A DNA stretch of 64,000 nt from Lama guanicoe (GCA_013239625.1 MU057354.1:17973145-18037144), one strand, 5' to 3'. Positions 23,736-36,496 are shown, numbered from the stretch's first letter. Notes: a model not told the origin generated them from the letters alone. Numbers and translations: made by a program.

Positions 23736-25141
23736 AAAGCACGCCATGGAGATTATTGGAGAATTGTTCCATTTTGTCTACCATTGTGTCTACTCAGCCA
23801 CTACAAGTTAACTGCACTGATTTACCCAGAGCTCTGATCAAGCCATGGTCCCTGTATGTGGCCAAGCTGGGCTGCAGGGCTTTGTCAATACTGCCAAGTT
23901 CCAAGGTCCATGGATTCTCACAATTAAGACATTAATTCTCTTAAATCTATGACATGGGCTCTTTCTCATTTTATGGCTTTTATTACGCTGGATCTTCTGG
24001 AATTCCCATTAGTTTTAAAATACTTGAACTTAGTCTGATCTCTCCCCCTCATATTTCAGCACTGCATTTGTCTTACATGAGTGTCTGTTGCAAAGTGTGC
24101 TGTTGGTATAAAAGTTATGCTCAGGTAAACAAGCTAGAGAAGACAAATCGAAAGCAATTCCCAGTGTCGTAGGTGTTGATAGTCCAATTTATCACCCTGA
24201 TTCTGTACTCCAGGGAGCCAATTCAATGTCCTACTGTCCACTCCGGCATATCCCAGTGACCCAACTTCTAGAAAAGTCAACAGAAGAAACACTTTCGAAG
24301 GACACACTGAAGTCCCAAGATACTTTTCAAAACTCAGTGGAAGGGAACAAGATAGCGTGGACAACATCAATTTCCCATCCCTCTTAAAATTCTGCAGATG
24401 CACCCCCCACAGGGTCAGTGATGAAACAGACCCAGAACTGTAAAACTAAAAGAACCCTTAGGGGAGATGTGTGTGTGTGCAGTGTAGGGAGTTGTGCTCA
24501 AACACAACAACGAAGAGAGGAAACATTAGGTAGTTCGGTTGCTCTGTGCCTAATTGAGAAACACAGTTACTCTACATGATCCATTAAGTGCCACCAAGCA
24601 ATTGTGTTATTTCAGGAACTTTTCCTGATTCTCCATAGTCATGATAGAAAGAAAAGAAATACTTTTATGAAATTCTTTCCATGAGGAGCATAAGCTCTGC
24701 TTGACCCAGTTTCCCTAGCAGAGCTAGGGCATTTCACAAGCAGCACTTGAAAGGCCCAGAATTACACAGCCTTGACCACAGTGTTGATCAAAGAGCGGCC
24801 CTCTGGTAAAACCGGACCAAACACAGAAATCTAAACTGAACCCTCCCACAGTTCAGTATCCCTGGAGTGAAATTTTGCCCGAAGTCCTGACTTGAGCCAC
24901 TCTTGAAGTTCAGAAAAGGAGTCTTAGGCTGCAAGACAGCATCTGATAATTCAGAGGAAAATAATGAAACCTCAGATGCCTTCCAAAAGAGAACATGGTG
25001 TGCTGTCATCGTCACGTGGAGCAGGAGGAGACTGGCCAACTAGTTCGATGCTCTGCCTGCATTCAAAACTAGGCTCTTCTCATCGTATTAGAATTCATCT
25101 CTGCCGTTGCCTCTTCCTCACCAAGTTATCAAAGCTTTCTC

Positions 25142-25331
25142 GGGGCAGGGGTGGGGGGTGAGGCAGGGTATAGCTCAGTGCTAGAGTGCCTGCTTAGCAT
25201 GCTCAAGGTCCTGGGTTCAATCCCCAGTACCTCCATTAAAATAATTAATTAATTAAAATAAATAAAATGAATTAACCCCCTAACCCAAAAAAAGAAGGAG
25301 GGCAAAATACAGATAGATACTTAGAAAAGAA
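25142..25331 (+). mobile_element. tRNA-derived SINE (Vic-1-like) with G-rich head and extended tail
   Basis: GGGTATAGCTCAGTGCTAGAGTGCCTGCTTAGCATGCTCAAGGTCCTGGGTTCAATCCCCAGTACCTCC. Possible TSD AAAGCTTTC / AAAACTTTC. Confidence 0.9.
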
Positions 25332-26625
25332 AAAACTTTCAGTATGGTACATTTACACCACTATCTCCCTGGAACACTGCTTTCAAAGCCAAACTATCTG
25401 TTCCCTGTCAGGGGTCCATGGCACTATTTTCTGTCTTTGTTTGAATGGGATTATGATACTTTAAGAGAACAAGCCACACACTGATGAAGGTTAAAGAGGT
25501 AACATATTAAATCTACAGTAAATGAAAATTTAACTCCAACGACAAGCAGTAGTATTTACTGAACCATAGACACTAGCTTTCGGTAATCATGTTCAGAGTT
25601 ATTAATACTGGATTGCCACAGTTGTACTTTTTAAATTATCACCGAAATGTAATTTCACTGCTCACGATGATGTAATTGCTGAGAAGCTGTGTGGTTACTA
25701 ATTACACAATGTAGTGTATGGAACTGAACTAATGCCCTGAAATCTATGTATTGTTTGATTTTTTTTCTTTCTTCTAATTAATTCTACCGCCTGATGTTCA
25801 TTTTACGGTCTCAGTAAAATAAAATATAGCATCCATATTCCCTTGCTTAGCCCTGGAGAGAAGAGGAGGGCGAGAATGGAGGCGGAAGGAATAAGGCCCG
25901 CTCTAGATTATCCCGAGTTATTGGGGAGCACATACCGAAGTGCTGCCACATTACACCGTTGGTCACTTCCCCATTTCAACTACCAGCAAACCATAAACAC
26001 TAAGTGCCACGCCAGGTAACATACACCTAATATATGTATATACGTATGTGTACATATGAAGATGCACGTCTGGAAGGATCACTGGAATGATGACAATGTA
26101 GATGACTTCTCCCATCAGACACGAGCTGAACTACAGAAACATGGTTATCAGAGGGAGCCCGCAAAGCATCCAGAAGTGTCGAAGCAACCCAAACTTGAAC
26201 TGTTTATGAATTCTAGAGCAGAGATCCCAGGATGGAACACTTAAAAAATAGGTTATTTCATTACCTGCTTGGATTTATTTTTTCTTTTGTAGCACAAAAA
26301 AAAATTGATGTTTTGTTCTTTAAAAAATACATTTTACGTCTAAAGGTCGAGAGTCTGTGACCACTTGATTTGACAGATCCTAAATAGACTCTCATTACAA
26401 TCTATATAAAGCCTAGCTAGAAAGGGAAATAAAAAATATTTAGAAAAATACCTGCCATAGGCACCCATTAACTAATTTGCTATTACTTCTTAAAATTTGA
26501 CTTCATATTCAAATTAAGGTGCATGTCTGGTGTCAAACGGATTATAGTTGTCAGAGTTGATGAAAGGCCCAGATTTCACGTGGCACAAGCCCCTACTGCC
26601 TGTTCAGTGGAACTGACACTTATAT

Positions 26626-27093
26626 TGTAACTGAGTAGGACCCTGGGGACCTTCCAGGGTCAGACCCCTCCTCCTGATCCTCTGCTGTAGCTCTTCTCTG
26701 ATGCACCCAGATAATAGCATCTCATACATATTTCCTGAGTTTTTCAGATGCTTAATACCACCACCAAAGGGATGAAATTAACTACTTGATGATCAAGAGC
26801 ACGTGGCCCCCAGACCTTCTGGCACCTAGGGGTTGATACCGCCCTGTTACCTCAACATCAGCCAATCAGAGAATTGTGCATGAGCTGATCACGTACCTTG
26901 CGACCCCCTCCCTTATTTGACCTTTAAATTTGCTTTGCTGAAACCCTTGAGGGAGTTCGGGGTTTTCTTGGGCATGAGCCACCCTGTTCTCCTTGCTCGG
27001 CCCTGCAATAAGCCTTTCTCTGCTCCAAACTCCGGTGTTTCAGTTTGTTCAGCCTCACGATGCACTGAGCACATGATCTTGCCTTCGGTAACA
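26626..27093 (+). mobile_element. ERV1-type solo LTR (family A-related, different U3)
   Basis: TGTAAC...GGTAACA termini. Perfect TSD ATAT (26622-26625, 27094-27097). CCAAT box present. R/U5 shared with 806-1365. Confidence 0.9.
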
Positions 27094-27124
27094 ATATGTT
27101 TGTCTCAGTTATGCATGTGTTCAG

Positions 27125-27382
27125 GCAGAGTGGTTCAGAGAGCTTAAAAACCTGGGCTTGGAGCCAGTCTGCCTGGGTCTGCATCCTGGCATAGCCACTT
27201 ACTGTCCGTGTGATTTGGGGAACATCATTTAACACCTCTCTATCATATTTTTCCCATATGTAGAAAGCAAGTTATAATGGTATCTTTCTTACAGCATTGT
27301 TTTGATTATTAAAGGAGTTAATATAAGCAAAGTGCTTAGAACAGTGCCTGGCACACAGAAAGCACTATTGAAGTGTTAGCAA
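27125..27382 (+). mobile_element. MIR, near full length
   Basis: TGGAGCCAGTCTGCCTGGGTCTGCATCCTGGC...CCACTTACT core and the AAAGTGCTTAGAACAGTGCCTGGCACACAG tail. Confidence 0.9.
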
Positions 27383-27389
27383 TTCCTGA

Positions 27390-27830
27390 CTATAAATAGA
27401 AATGGTCTCTGGCTAACATAGCAGAAAAGGAATATATTGAAAGGAAATCAGGTAGCTTGCAGAATTGACAGAAAGGCCAGAGAAAGCACATCAAATGGGC
27501 AGGAACAAATGCATCGATGTATTAGGATCCCAGACTTTGTAAAAACATCACTGCCACCAGCACTGCCCGCATCACCACGGGACATGGCTACTCCTGACAC
27601 TGTGAGTGGCCCCATTATCATTATCACTGGATACCTTATGCCATCACAAATAAATACTAACCCATTTTTCCTCCTTCCATCACCCACTCCAGAGCCAAAG
27701 CCTCAGGCAGGATATTCAGTTAGTCAAGGCTAGGTCACATGGTTGTATCCATGGACCACGAGTGTGAAGAAGGAGTATTTGCTCCTTTCAGTCACTGAAG
27801 TGGGAGATGCAGGTGCCTCCCATCAAAAGT
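27390..27830 (-). mobile_element. Old MaLR LTR fragment (MLT1-like)
   Basis: AACATAGCAGAAAAGGAATATATTGAAAGGA and AAGGCTAGGTCACATG motifs. Confidence 0.5.
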
Positions 27831-28189
27831 CAACCATATGGGGATCCCCCAAAATAGAAAAACAGTTTGGAAGTGAGGCAGGAAAAAAAAAAAAACGCAG
27901 AAGTCTACTGCTATGTTACATTGCCTGGACGGAGACTTGCCAGAGATTCCCGACCCATCAAGGAAGTGAAAAAGGATGACTGTGAGATCCAGAAAACAGA
28001 GATCAACCCATGTCACAAGTGCTCAGGTAGGAAGCAGAGAAGAGGCACAGAAAAAGAGAAGGAAACTGGAAACTGGCCATTAAGTAGGAACTATCAGTGT
28101 AGCAGACAAAGACGTTCTGCCTGGAAGGCAGCAGACACAGGGAGCATAGTGCTCACCAAGAGTCAGAGAAAAGGAGCCCAGTCTACACT

Positions 28190-28665
28190 AGCGACTCTCA
28201 GATGTGCAGGTCTTCGGAGTCCTTTGCAATCTTAAAGGTGATCGACAACTTCAAAGACTCTGTTTACGTGGGTTTCATGTCGGTGTTTATGCGGCTTTCA
28301 CTGGATTCTTGCCATATTGAAAGTTAAACCAAGAACTTTCAAGAATTACATTAATTCATTTAAAAGTAATTAAAATAAACCCACTATATGTGAACATAAA
28401 TGACATATTTTTTATGAAAATAACTAATTTCCCCCAAAAAATGTAATGAGAAGAGTGGCATTGTTTTCTATGTTTACAAATCCGGCTGATTAGAAATCTC
28501 TTATCTGCCTCTGCATTCAGTCTGTTGTGATGATATCAATCGTGTAGCCTCAGGAAAAGTCCAACTGTGACAGAATGAGTGACAATGGTACATAATGTGT
28601 TAGAATGATAATGAAAATAGTTTTGACCTTGCAGACCCCCTGAAAGCATCTTAGGGACCCTGCTA
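28190..28665 (-). mobile_element. hAT-Charlie non-autonomous DNA transposon (MER119-like)
   Basis: ATGAAAATAGTTTTGACCTTGCAGACCCCCTGAAAG and GAGAAGAGTGGCATTGTTTT resemble Charlie-type MITE sequence. Confidence 0.75.
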
Positions 28666-28769
28666 GAGTAGACCAAGGGTAGTAATAAAATGGGCTAAGA
28701 AGACAATGCAGGCTTCACAAGGAACTACAAAAGATGGTCCATGATGATCACCCTAACAGTACACTCTCA

Positions 28770-28955
28770 CCTCACCTTTATGTAGCACTTTGTCATTTAC
28801 AAGAGCATCTTCACATACACGTTATATTTGATACCCACTCACCACCATCTTGTGAGGCGTCATTTCCATCTTACCAACAAGGGCTCCGAAGTTCAGAGCA
28901 GTTAGCTGACGTGCCCGTGATCACGCCCAGGATTATAGGTAGAAAAGCTGGACCC
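28770..28955 (-). mobile_element. MIR fragment
   Basis: TTTATGTAGCACTTT...TTTACAAGAGCATCTTCACATAC...TTTCCATCTTAC is antisense MIR-like. Confidence 0.55.
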
Positions 28956-29634
28956 CACATTCCCACACTACCCCACATGGAGAAAGTAACTTTTATCATC
29001 AGGGAAGTACGCAAACACTGATAGAGCTTTCTCCATTTTCTAGGCAGGAGCCCAAGACCCAGAGCTGAGAAAGTGATCTGCCATTGGTCTCTAAAAGTAG
29101 CAAACCTGGGTCTGGATCCCAGGCTTGCAGGCTCTAAATTGGCTTTGTAGCTAAGCAAGCATATGCCAGAGATAAAAAAAAGCAAACAAACAAACAAACC
29201 TTCTGTGGAACTTTTTTCTGGAAAAGAGCTGATTCTAAATCCATTCAATCGATAAATAGCTGCTTGGTAGATGCAGGCAGTGCATTCATATATCCTTTGT
29301 CTCTTAATCTTATTCACACATCAAGAATTTTTTAGGGCCTATGATAATTGATCTACAAATAAGTGATGAGTAGAAATTTCCAGCCCCAATGTTGTTTGTT
29401 TGTTTTTAATATAACAATTGTAGCCGCCATTGATTGACTACTAGGCTTGTGCTTTGCCTTGATTATTGTCAATCTCACAATGATGACATAAGGTAGGGGG
29501 TAGCCCCTCCATCCATTGAATAAACAAGCATGAAAAAAACCCGCATTGAAATAATCATTAAGAAAAGTAGAAGGAAGGTAGAAAGTTTGATAAGATAACT
29601 CACTTTTCCAGTCTGATTCCCAGATACCTTTGGG

Positions 29635-30200
29635 AATCAATCAAGATGCCTTTGGTTGCAAGAAAGGAGGGAAGTAAGAATGGAAGGAGGGAAGGAGGGA
29701 GGAAAGGGGGAAAAAAAGAATGAAAGAAAAATAATTATTGCACTGACTTAAATAATAACAATATTCTATTATCTTAGATATTCAGATGTACCAATGTAGG
29801 GCATCTCCAGGATAGGCTAATTCAGAAGTTAAATGACATCATAGAGATTCTGTTTCCTTCCCTCCTTACACTTTGCCATCTTCAGCATGTCAACTGCCCG
29901 CATGGCCTCAAGATGGCTGCCAGAGTTGCAGATGTTACATGTGGACACAATCTCAAAAAGAAAAAGAGGGACTATTTCTTCTTATGCCTCTTTATAACAG
30001 CGAAATAAAGTTTCCCAAAAGCCTACACGCAGACTTCATCTCACCACCTTTTCCTAAACATTACTGGTGAGAACATTACTGGTGGCCCAGAAGTGAGCTG
30101 AGACAACCAACGTTTACTTCTGTAATTAGGGACAGATCAGCTTTCACTGAGACCACTTTGGAGGGGTCTGTCAGAAAAGAAGAAAGGTAAAGTGAATAAC
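29635..30200 (-). mobile_element. Old MaLR LTR (MLT1-like) with a GGAA/GGAG microsatellite
   Basis: TCAAGATGCCTTTGGTTGCAAG terminus and CAAGATGGCTGCCAGAGTTGCAGATGTTACAT motif. Confidence 0.6.
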
Positions 30201-31362
30201 AGTGGTTGCTACATTCTAGGGTTTTTTCACCCAAGAATTCATTCACTACATTTTTTTTGGAAGGGGAAATAGAATGCTGACATAAACACTGTCCCACAAA
30301 AACAAAGAGACCTGGATCCTAGCATTAAAGCCATGCTTTCTGAATATAATATTAATAAATATAGGTGACTGGTTGTGATATAATGGAGCTAAGTAATTGC
30401 TAATTTACTAAATGTAACATGTTAATTTTTTCAGTGTCTTCCACATAAAAGTTGTCACTAAACACACTCCAGAGCCCCATTAAAATCACTGAATGCAAGC
30501 GAATTCAATTAGTGCTTGCATTTCAGGCACAGTGTGCTATTCATATTAGGTCTGTAAATGTGGTAATGCACGCATTAAGGAGCACCCAAAAGCAATTTGA
30601 AGAACAAATGACAAGGAATGGGGCAACAAAGAATGGGGAGGGAAAAAATGAGATGAATTGCTATGAAAGAAAAACCATCAAAACATACTTATGAGCAGCA
30701 TTATCTGAGCCAGCCCCTCAGTGGGCAATAAACCAGTCTCAGATCCTCGTGTAGCTAAATAATCATCATCTTGGCTATAAATCATCACAAGACTAAACAT
30801 TTTTCAGTGAAAGCTTCCTTGTTCCTTGGGTCAATGAATTTAGTACCTTTGATTGCAACCAATTAGCTTTATTTTTAAGCAAGACAAAAACAAAAACAGA
30901 AAACAAAATATACCAGGTTTTGCAAAAGATGTTAGGCAGTGTGGCAGCAAACACAGCCAAGGAGTTCACGGTACAATATTTCTTTCCAGTAACTGGGGAT
31001 GAATTATACTGCATGCTCGAAAATACCAAAATCACTTTGATAAAACTCAAAACAGAACAAAACAAAACAAAAACCTGTTCTCCTCCCCCTAAGAAAAATC
31101 TCAACTAGATGGAAACAGTTTAAAGTAGTTTTTAGTTCATTACAACTCTCTCACCCAACGAAACCTCTAAAGATAAACACAGCAACTGACAATAACAAAG
31201 TCAGGTATTAAAGCATGAAAAGCTAGGGTAGCTGCCTCCTCTCCCGCCTAAAGAGGGCTCACTGAGGATCTGCCTAGGTGACTCTGCAGACAGATCACGG
31301 TCTTGGAGATATCTGTATGCCCTGTACAGGGGGTGATTTCCATTTCTCTGCATGACTCAAAT

Positions 31363-31866
31363 TGTTATGGAGTCCAAACTTCTGCTCACCAATAAATCGG
31401 GAGACAAGTTGGGGCGAAGAATAATGACTTTATTGAGAAAGCCAGAAGACCAAGAAGATGGCAGACTAATGTCCTAGAGAACCATCTTCCACAAGTCAGA
31501 ATTCAGGCTCCCTTTATACTAAAAAGGGAAGGGGGTGTGGTTGGTTGTTGCAAACTTCTGGGTGTCGGAATCCCTTGTTCTTGGAGCTGTCCATGTAAGT
31601 CAGGTCATGATGCTCCTGTAATATCCTCCAACAACACAAATGCTATTCTCTGTTCCGCAACTTTTTATCTCTATATGAGTGGGAAAGTATTATACCCTTA
31701 ATGGTCAGAGCCTTGAGAATAGGCTATCCTATATATTTCAGTCCACAGGCAATATTCTTTTACAAAAGAGATAGAGCCAGCATTACTAAGCACAGGAATC
31801 AGAGCACAGCATTAGAACTAAAGGAACAAATCTAATATGGAGCCAGATTTGTTCTTCCCTATTACA
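31363..31866 (-). mobile_element. ERV1-type solo LTR
   Basis: The minus strand begins TGTAATAGGGAAGAACAAATCTGGCTCCATATTAG, carries TATAAA and AATAAA, and ends ATAACA. Near-TSD AAAT/AAGT. Confidence 0.85.
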
Positions 31867-31884
31867 AAGTGTCCTGATTAAATA

Positions 31885-32419
31885 TACCAGGCAGACTTCA
31901 AAGTGACCCCATGATCCCGCCTCACGGTTTTCTTGCCCTTTTGTGATCCCCTCCACTTGAGTACGGGCATGACGTGTGATTTGCTTCGCACCAACAGATT
32001 CTGGCCAAGGTGATGCGGCGTCACTCCTAAGAATACGTTATGTAAAATTCCATCTGGCCTGCAGACTTGCTGCTTTCTTTCTGTCTTGCTGGCTTTGAAG
32101 ATGCAGACTGCCAGGGCGTGAGAAGCCCCGTGGATGGCGTGGCAAGGAACCCTAAGGGCTCCGGGAGCTGCGGTCAGCTCAGCAGCACACTGGGGCTCTC
32201 CGTCTTCCAATTGCAAAGAAATGACATTTGTCAATAATCTGAGTGAGTTTGGAAGCTGACCCACTGTCCCGGCCAACACTTTAACTATATTGTTTCTGAG
32301 GACCCAGCTAGGTCTTGCCTACACTCCCAACACACAGAAGCTGTGAGATGATCGCCGTGTGCTGTTTTAAGCCATGAAATTTGCAGTCATCTGTTACACA
32401 GCAACACAAAGTTCATACA
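31885..32419 (+). mobile_element. MaLR LTR (MLT1E/F-like)
   Basis: GATCCCCTCCACTTGAGT...TTGCTGGCTTTGAAGATG...CACAGAAGCTGTGAGAT...GCTGTTTTAAGCCATG...TGTTACACAGCAA. Confidence 0.85.
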
Positions 32420-32923
32420 CTTGCCAAACCTAAAGTAAGAGGACTTCAGGTGGCAGAGATGCCAAACCAGGGGAGTTAGACCAGCTCTGCTCCAGACTTT
32501 ACCAGCAATATATTGTTTTGTACTCCATGTTTCCTATTCCTCAAAATCTTACTGCCTCTGGTTGGTAGGTGAATCTGGTCTACACATTTTGTAATTTGCT
32601 CTTGTAGCTCTTTCTTCCTTCTCGGAGACACTACCACTCTTTCCAGCTAATGGGTAAGCATTTCATGCAATGAAACAAAATTTATTAAACTGTGTCCAAC
32701 TGGCCTGATAGAATTTATGCACCACCAGACTGAACCAATTTATTCCTAGTTCAAACACATCATTTTCATTGTCCCTACATCCATTAATACAGCATCCTTC
32801 ACTGATGTTTCACTTGCTCTAAGCTGTGTAAACCTTTTATAAGATTTTATGATGAGAAAGAATTCTCAGAAAAGAATACCAAAGACGACTTCTTATAAAT
32901 TTTTTCTGTCCTTTTCAGGCTGG

Positions 32924-33070
32924 NNNNNNNNNNNNNNNNNNNNNNNNNNNNNNNNNNNNNNNNNNNNNNNNNNNNNNNNNNNNNNNNNNNNNNNNNNNNN
33001 NNNNNNNNNNNNNNNNNNNNNNNNNNNNNNNNNNNNNNNNNNNNNNNNNNNNNNNNNNNNNNNNNNNNNN
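32924..33070. other. Assembly gap (N run)
   Basis: Run of N. Confidence 1.
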
Positions 33071-34764
33071 ACACATTGTTGGCATTTGTACTCTGTCCCT
33101 TTTATTCAAAGTGCCTTTATAAGTGATAAATGAGGCTGGATGTTAGGTTCAAAGGAAGATTGGAAGTAGAGTTAGAAAAATATATGGATATCTTGTCTCT
33201 AACTCTACAAGTAAAATAGCATATTGTAAATTTTGCCTTAGAAGGACAAACACAGAACCAAGGACAAGCGGGGAGGGCATGGAAATAATCTGTAGAAAGT
33301 AAAATTTTGATAACCTATGTATTTTTGAATCTATACAATTTCTTAATATGAGAAAAGAAGCCAGTAAAATTCACAACAGATCAATACATCTGCTTAATTG
33401 ATCTATCACTGAAATTTACTTTCCTCATTAAGCAAAGAGTTAGGGCAGTTAATTCTGTTAACAGACTGTAACATCAGGGCTCACCCAAGAGCTGACAAGA
33501 GCAGAGGAATCCAGGAGCTTTATAATAAAGCAGTGATGTTTCAGACAATATCCTCAACACCTACATGTTCCAGGGTAACTGGGAGGGGGAAATTTAACTT
33601 ACAGAATAGACAGTAGGAAAACACCATAAAAGATCAGATTACAGGGTCTTAAACAATAGAGACCAAAGTGAGATCCCATCTGCAAGTCTAATTTTTTACA
33701 GAGATGCTCTATCAGTGAGAAACAGTGGCAGCTCAGGAATTTTCTTGCAGTAGGGACTTAGGGGAAAATATCCTGCTGGGAGGGAGGGAGGCACCTTAAA
33801 TCGTGTTTGCGTAGATTCTACAGAAGAATTAAGAGGTATCAATTACCCATTATAAAGATTAAGACGTGGGGAGGAGGTGGATAGCTAAAGCCAACTCATG
33901 GCCTTACCATGATAAGGGGAAAAAAACTGGCTTCTGATGCCCAGGTTTTAAGGTGTTTAATAGGATAAGAGGAACTGGAACCAATGAGTAAGCAGCCTCT
34001 CTTCTGCTGGGTGGTGCTGATCATTCCCAACATGTGTGTATTGCTTCACATAAGCTCCCGTCCCTCAGTGTCCCAGGGGATGGAGCCATGCCTCAATCGC
34101 ATGGCCCTCTCCAAGCTAAGTATCTGCACTACGAGGGCACCCCAACCTCGGGTGTATGAATGAATTGCTCTTTCCAATTTATCATGTGAGTTTGTTATAA
34201 CCCAACATGTCCTCAAAGCCATAAATGCGTCCTCTCCAATCCCTTCAACAGAAACTGACAAAAAATAAATAAATAAAAGGAAACCTCTCTTAGCCCTTTC
34301 CTAAAATCCTAATTTCCAAAAATTTCCATACAAAGACATGCTAAATACTGCACAACTGTCATAAAATATGCTTATAAGAAGTAAAAATAAATTATGAAAA
34401 TAGAAAGTAAAAACCATTTAAATTTTTCTTCCTAATTTTCAACTCAGTGTCTTAAACAGTAGAGATTTAGTAATAAAACACTTACTATTTAGCAATAAAA
34501 ACGTTAGTTTTTGTTTTTAGAAGCCCATACAACCGAGCTCTAAAAATGGTAATAATAACCACAACACTAATAATAAAATCTCAGGTTCAGCCTCAAATAA
34601 ATCAAGTGATGGGCAAGTAAGATGTGAACAAAACCTCTCTCATGAAGGTAACACAGTAATTTTTCAGGCTAATAAGTCAAAGAAGCCAAATGTGGGATAA
34701 AAGTTTTAAAAAGCACTAATGGGATTTAGAACTTTGCTTGCTAGATGGCAGCCCTGCTTCTGGG

Positions 34765-35140
34765 GAGAGTATGGGCTTTGGAGGCAGGGGGATTGCAGTT
34801 CAAATTGTGCCTCTAGCACTTAGAAACCGTGTGCCTGGTTATCCTCCTCCTCTATAAAAAGCAGACAATACCCGCCGTTTTTTCTGAGCATTAGCAATAG
34901 GTCATGTAAAGCATTTTTTTTTAATGACAAACACGTTGCATTCTGTAGCATGCATTATTTTAGACACATTTAGTCCTCATAACAGCCTCACGGTGGAAAC
35001 AGTATCATTATTCCCATTTTGCAGGAGAGGACTGAGGCCCAGAGTTTCACTTGCCCATGGTCACAGGGCCAAGACTGAAACCCAGGCAGGCAGGAGTCAG
35101 AGCTTGGACTTTTAACCTTGCTACACTAGGCTGCCTCTCA
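34765..35140. mobile_element. Two adjacent MIR fragments in opposite orientation
   Basis: Sense copy: TGGGCTTTGGAGGCAG...TTCAAAT...CTCCTCTATAAAAA. Antisense copy: TAGTCCTCATAACAGCC...TTCCCATTTTGCAGGAGAGGACTGAGGCCCAGAG. Confidence 0.7.
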
Positions 35141-36170
35141 AAGCATCAATAATAAAATCGAATAACCAGTCTTCATCCAGCACTTTCTTTGCATCAGGTA
35201 CAATGTTAAGTATCTCACTTGCACTCTCTCCTTTCCTTTTTTAAAACAACCTCATGAAGTAGGTACTGCCAGACTCTGCACTCCGCTGTAGCTACCATGT
35301 GGTCCCCAGCACAACACAGCAGCTCCAGAGAGGGCAGTTCTAAGTATGACTTTCCCCACTTGTGTTCATCTGTCTTCAAGCGTGAAGCAAAGGAGTGCAC
35401 CTGAGCAAATCAATTGACATCAGAAATAAACTTATTTTATGGAATAATGTTTCCTCAATGTGTCAGAACACACGTAGACTGGGCCAGCATCTTCTCTAGC
35501 CTCCCTCCGTGCCAGTCAGCTCAGGAACCAGGCAGACTCTCTCTTTTCCACTGCCATCAAATAAGTAGAGCTGTTTGGTCAGGGCTGTTTGCTGCTGCTG
35601 TTTGGAAAATGAAATCTCTCTGCTTCTGTTCAACGTATTGAACTCTCTAACCGTGGCATCAATACCTCACACACCTCCCAATCTCCATCTTTTGTGTTAA
35701 AACTTCGGGAGGGATTGGGAGAAACTTGCTGCAGTGGCAGGTGAATGATGAATAAAATGAAAAATTCCCCGCTTGGTTCACCGAGAAAATTCCATTTTTA
35801 ACGTTTAGCCTCATGCTCCTGCTACCACTGCAGAGCTACAGATAAATATATTTGCAAGGGCAGATCTCGGGAATGCAGTTTCCTGTTCTACACCTGAAAC
35901 AAGATGCAGGTGGGGGGTGGTTGCCTGGTCTGGTGCCAGCACAGCAGTGACTGCGGGGGTGCTGTCCGGGGCACTGATCCAGCTCCCTGTGTGGCTGACT
36001 GTCCCCTCTCTGGTGCTGAGGACAGACAGCAGAGCCCCTCCTGATGCAAAGGACGGTGGAGATATCTCCATAGGAGCAATGTCCAAGTCTGCAGGCTAAC
36101 AGATAGAAGTGCACAGTCCAAGTGGAAGACCAACTTTTGACCTAAGAATGAATCCTTTAGAACTTTTAAC

Positions 36171-36496
36171 TGTATATTATCACTTATATGTGGACTTTAA
36201 ACAATAAAACTAGTGAATGTAACAAAACAGAAACAAACTCACAGAGAACAAACTGGTGGTTGCCAACGGGGAAAGGGATGGGAGGATGGGGAAGACGGGT
36301 AGGAGAGCAAGAGATACAAACCACTATGTGTAAAACAAGCTACAAAGATAATATCGTGCAGCACAGGGAATACAGCCAATATTTTATAATAGCTTTAAAT
36401 GGAGAATAATCTATAAATATTTTGAATCACTAGGCTCTACATCTGAAACTAATAATGTAATATTGTAAATCAAGTATATCTCAATGTAAAAAAAAT
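36171..36496 (+). mobile_element. L1 3' UTR fragment
   Basis: ATCACTTATATGTGGA...AACAAAACAGAAACAAACTCACAGAGAACAAACTGGTGGTTGCC...CAGCACAGGGAATACAGCC, then an A-tail. Confidence 0.88.

Noticed and set aside
24112-24387. Stop-free plus-strand frame of about 90 codons in unique DNA
   Set aside because: No recognisable protein similarity and no convincing splice signals. This length can occur by chance in 64 kb.
806-27093. LTRs at 806 and 26626 as the two ends of one provirus
   Set aside because: They have different U3 regions and separate TSDs, lie 25 kb apart, and have no PBS or ERV1 internal sequence between them.
28871-29317. 148-aa minus-strand ORF
   Set aside because: Overlaps MIR-like fragments and a simple AAAC repeat, with no domain signature.
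31878-32279. 133-aa minus-strand ORF
   Set aside because: Antisense reading of an MLT1 LTR.
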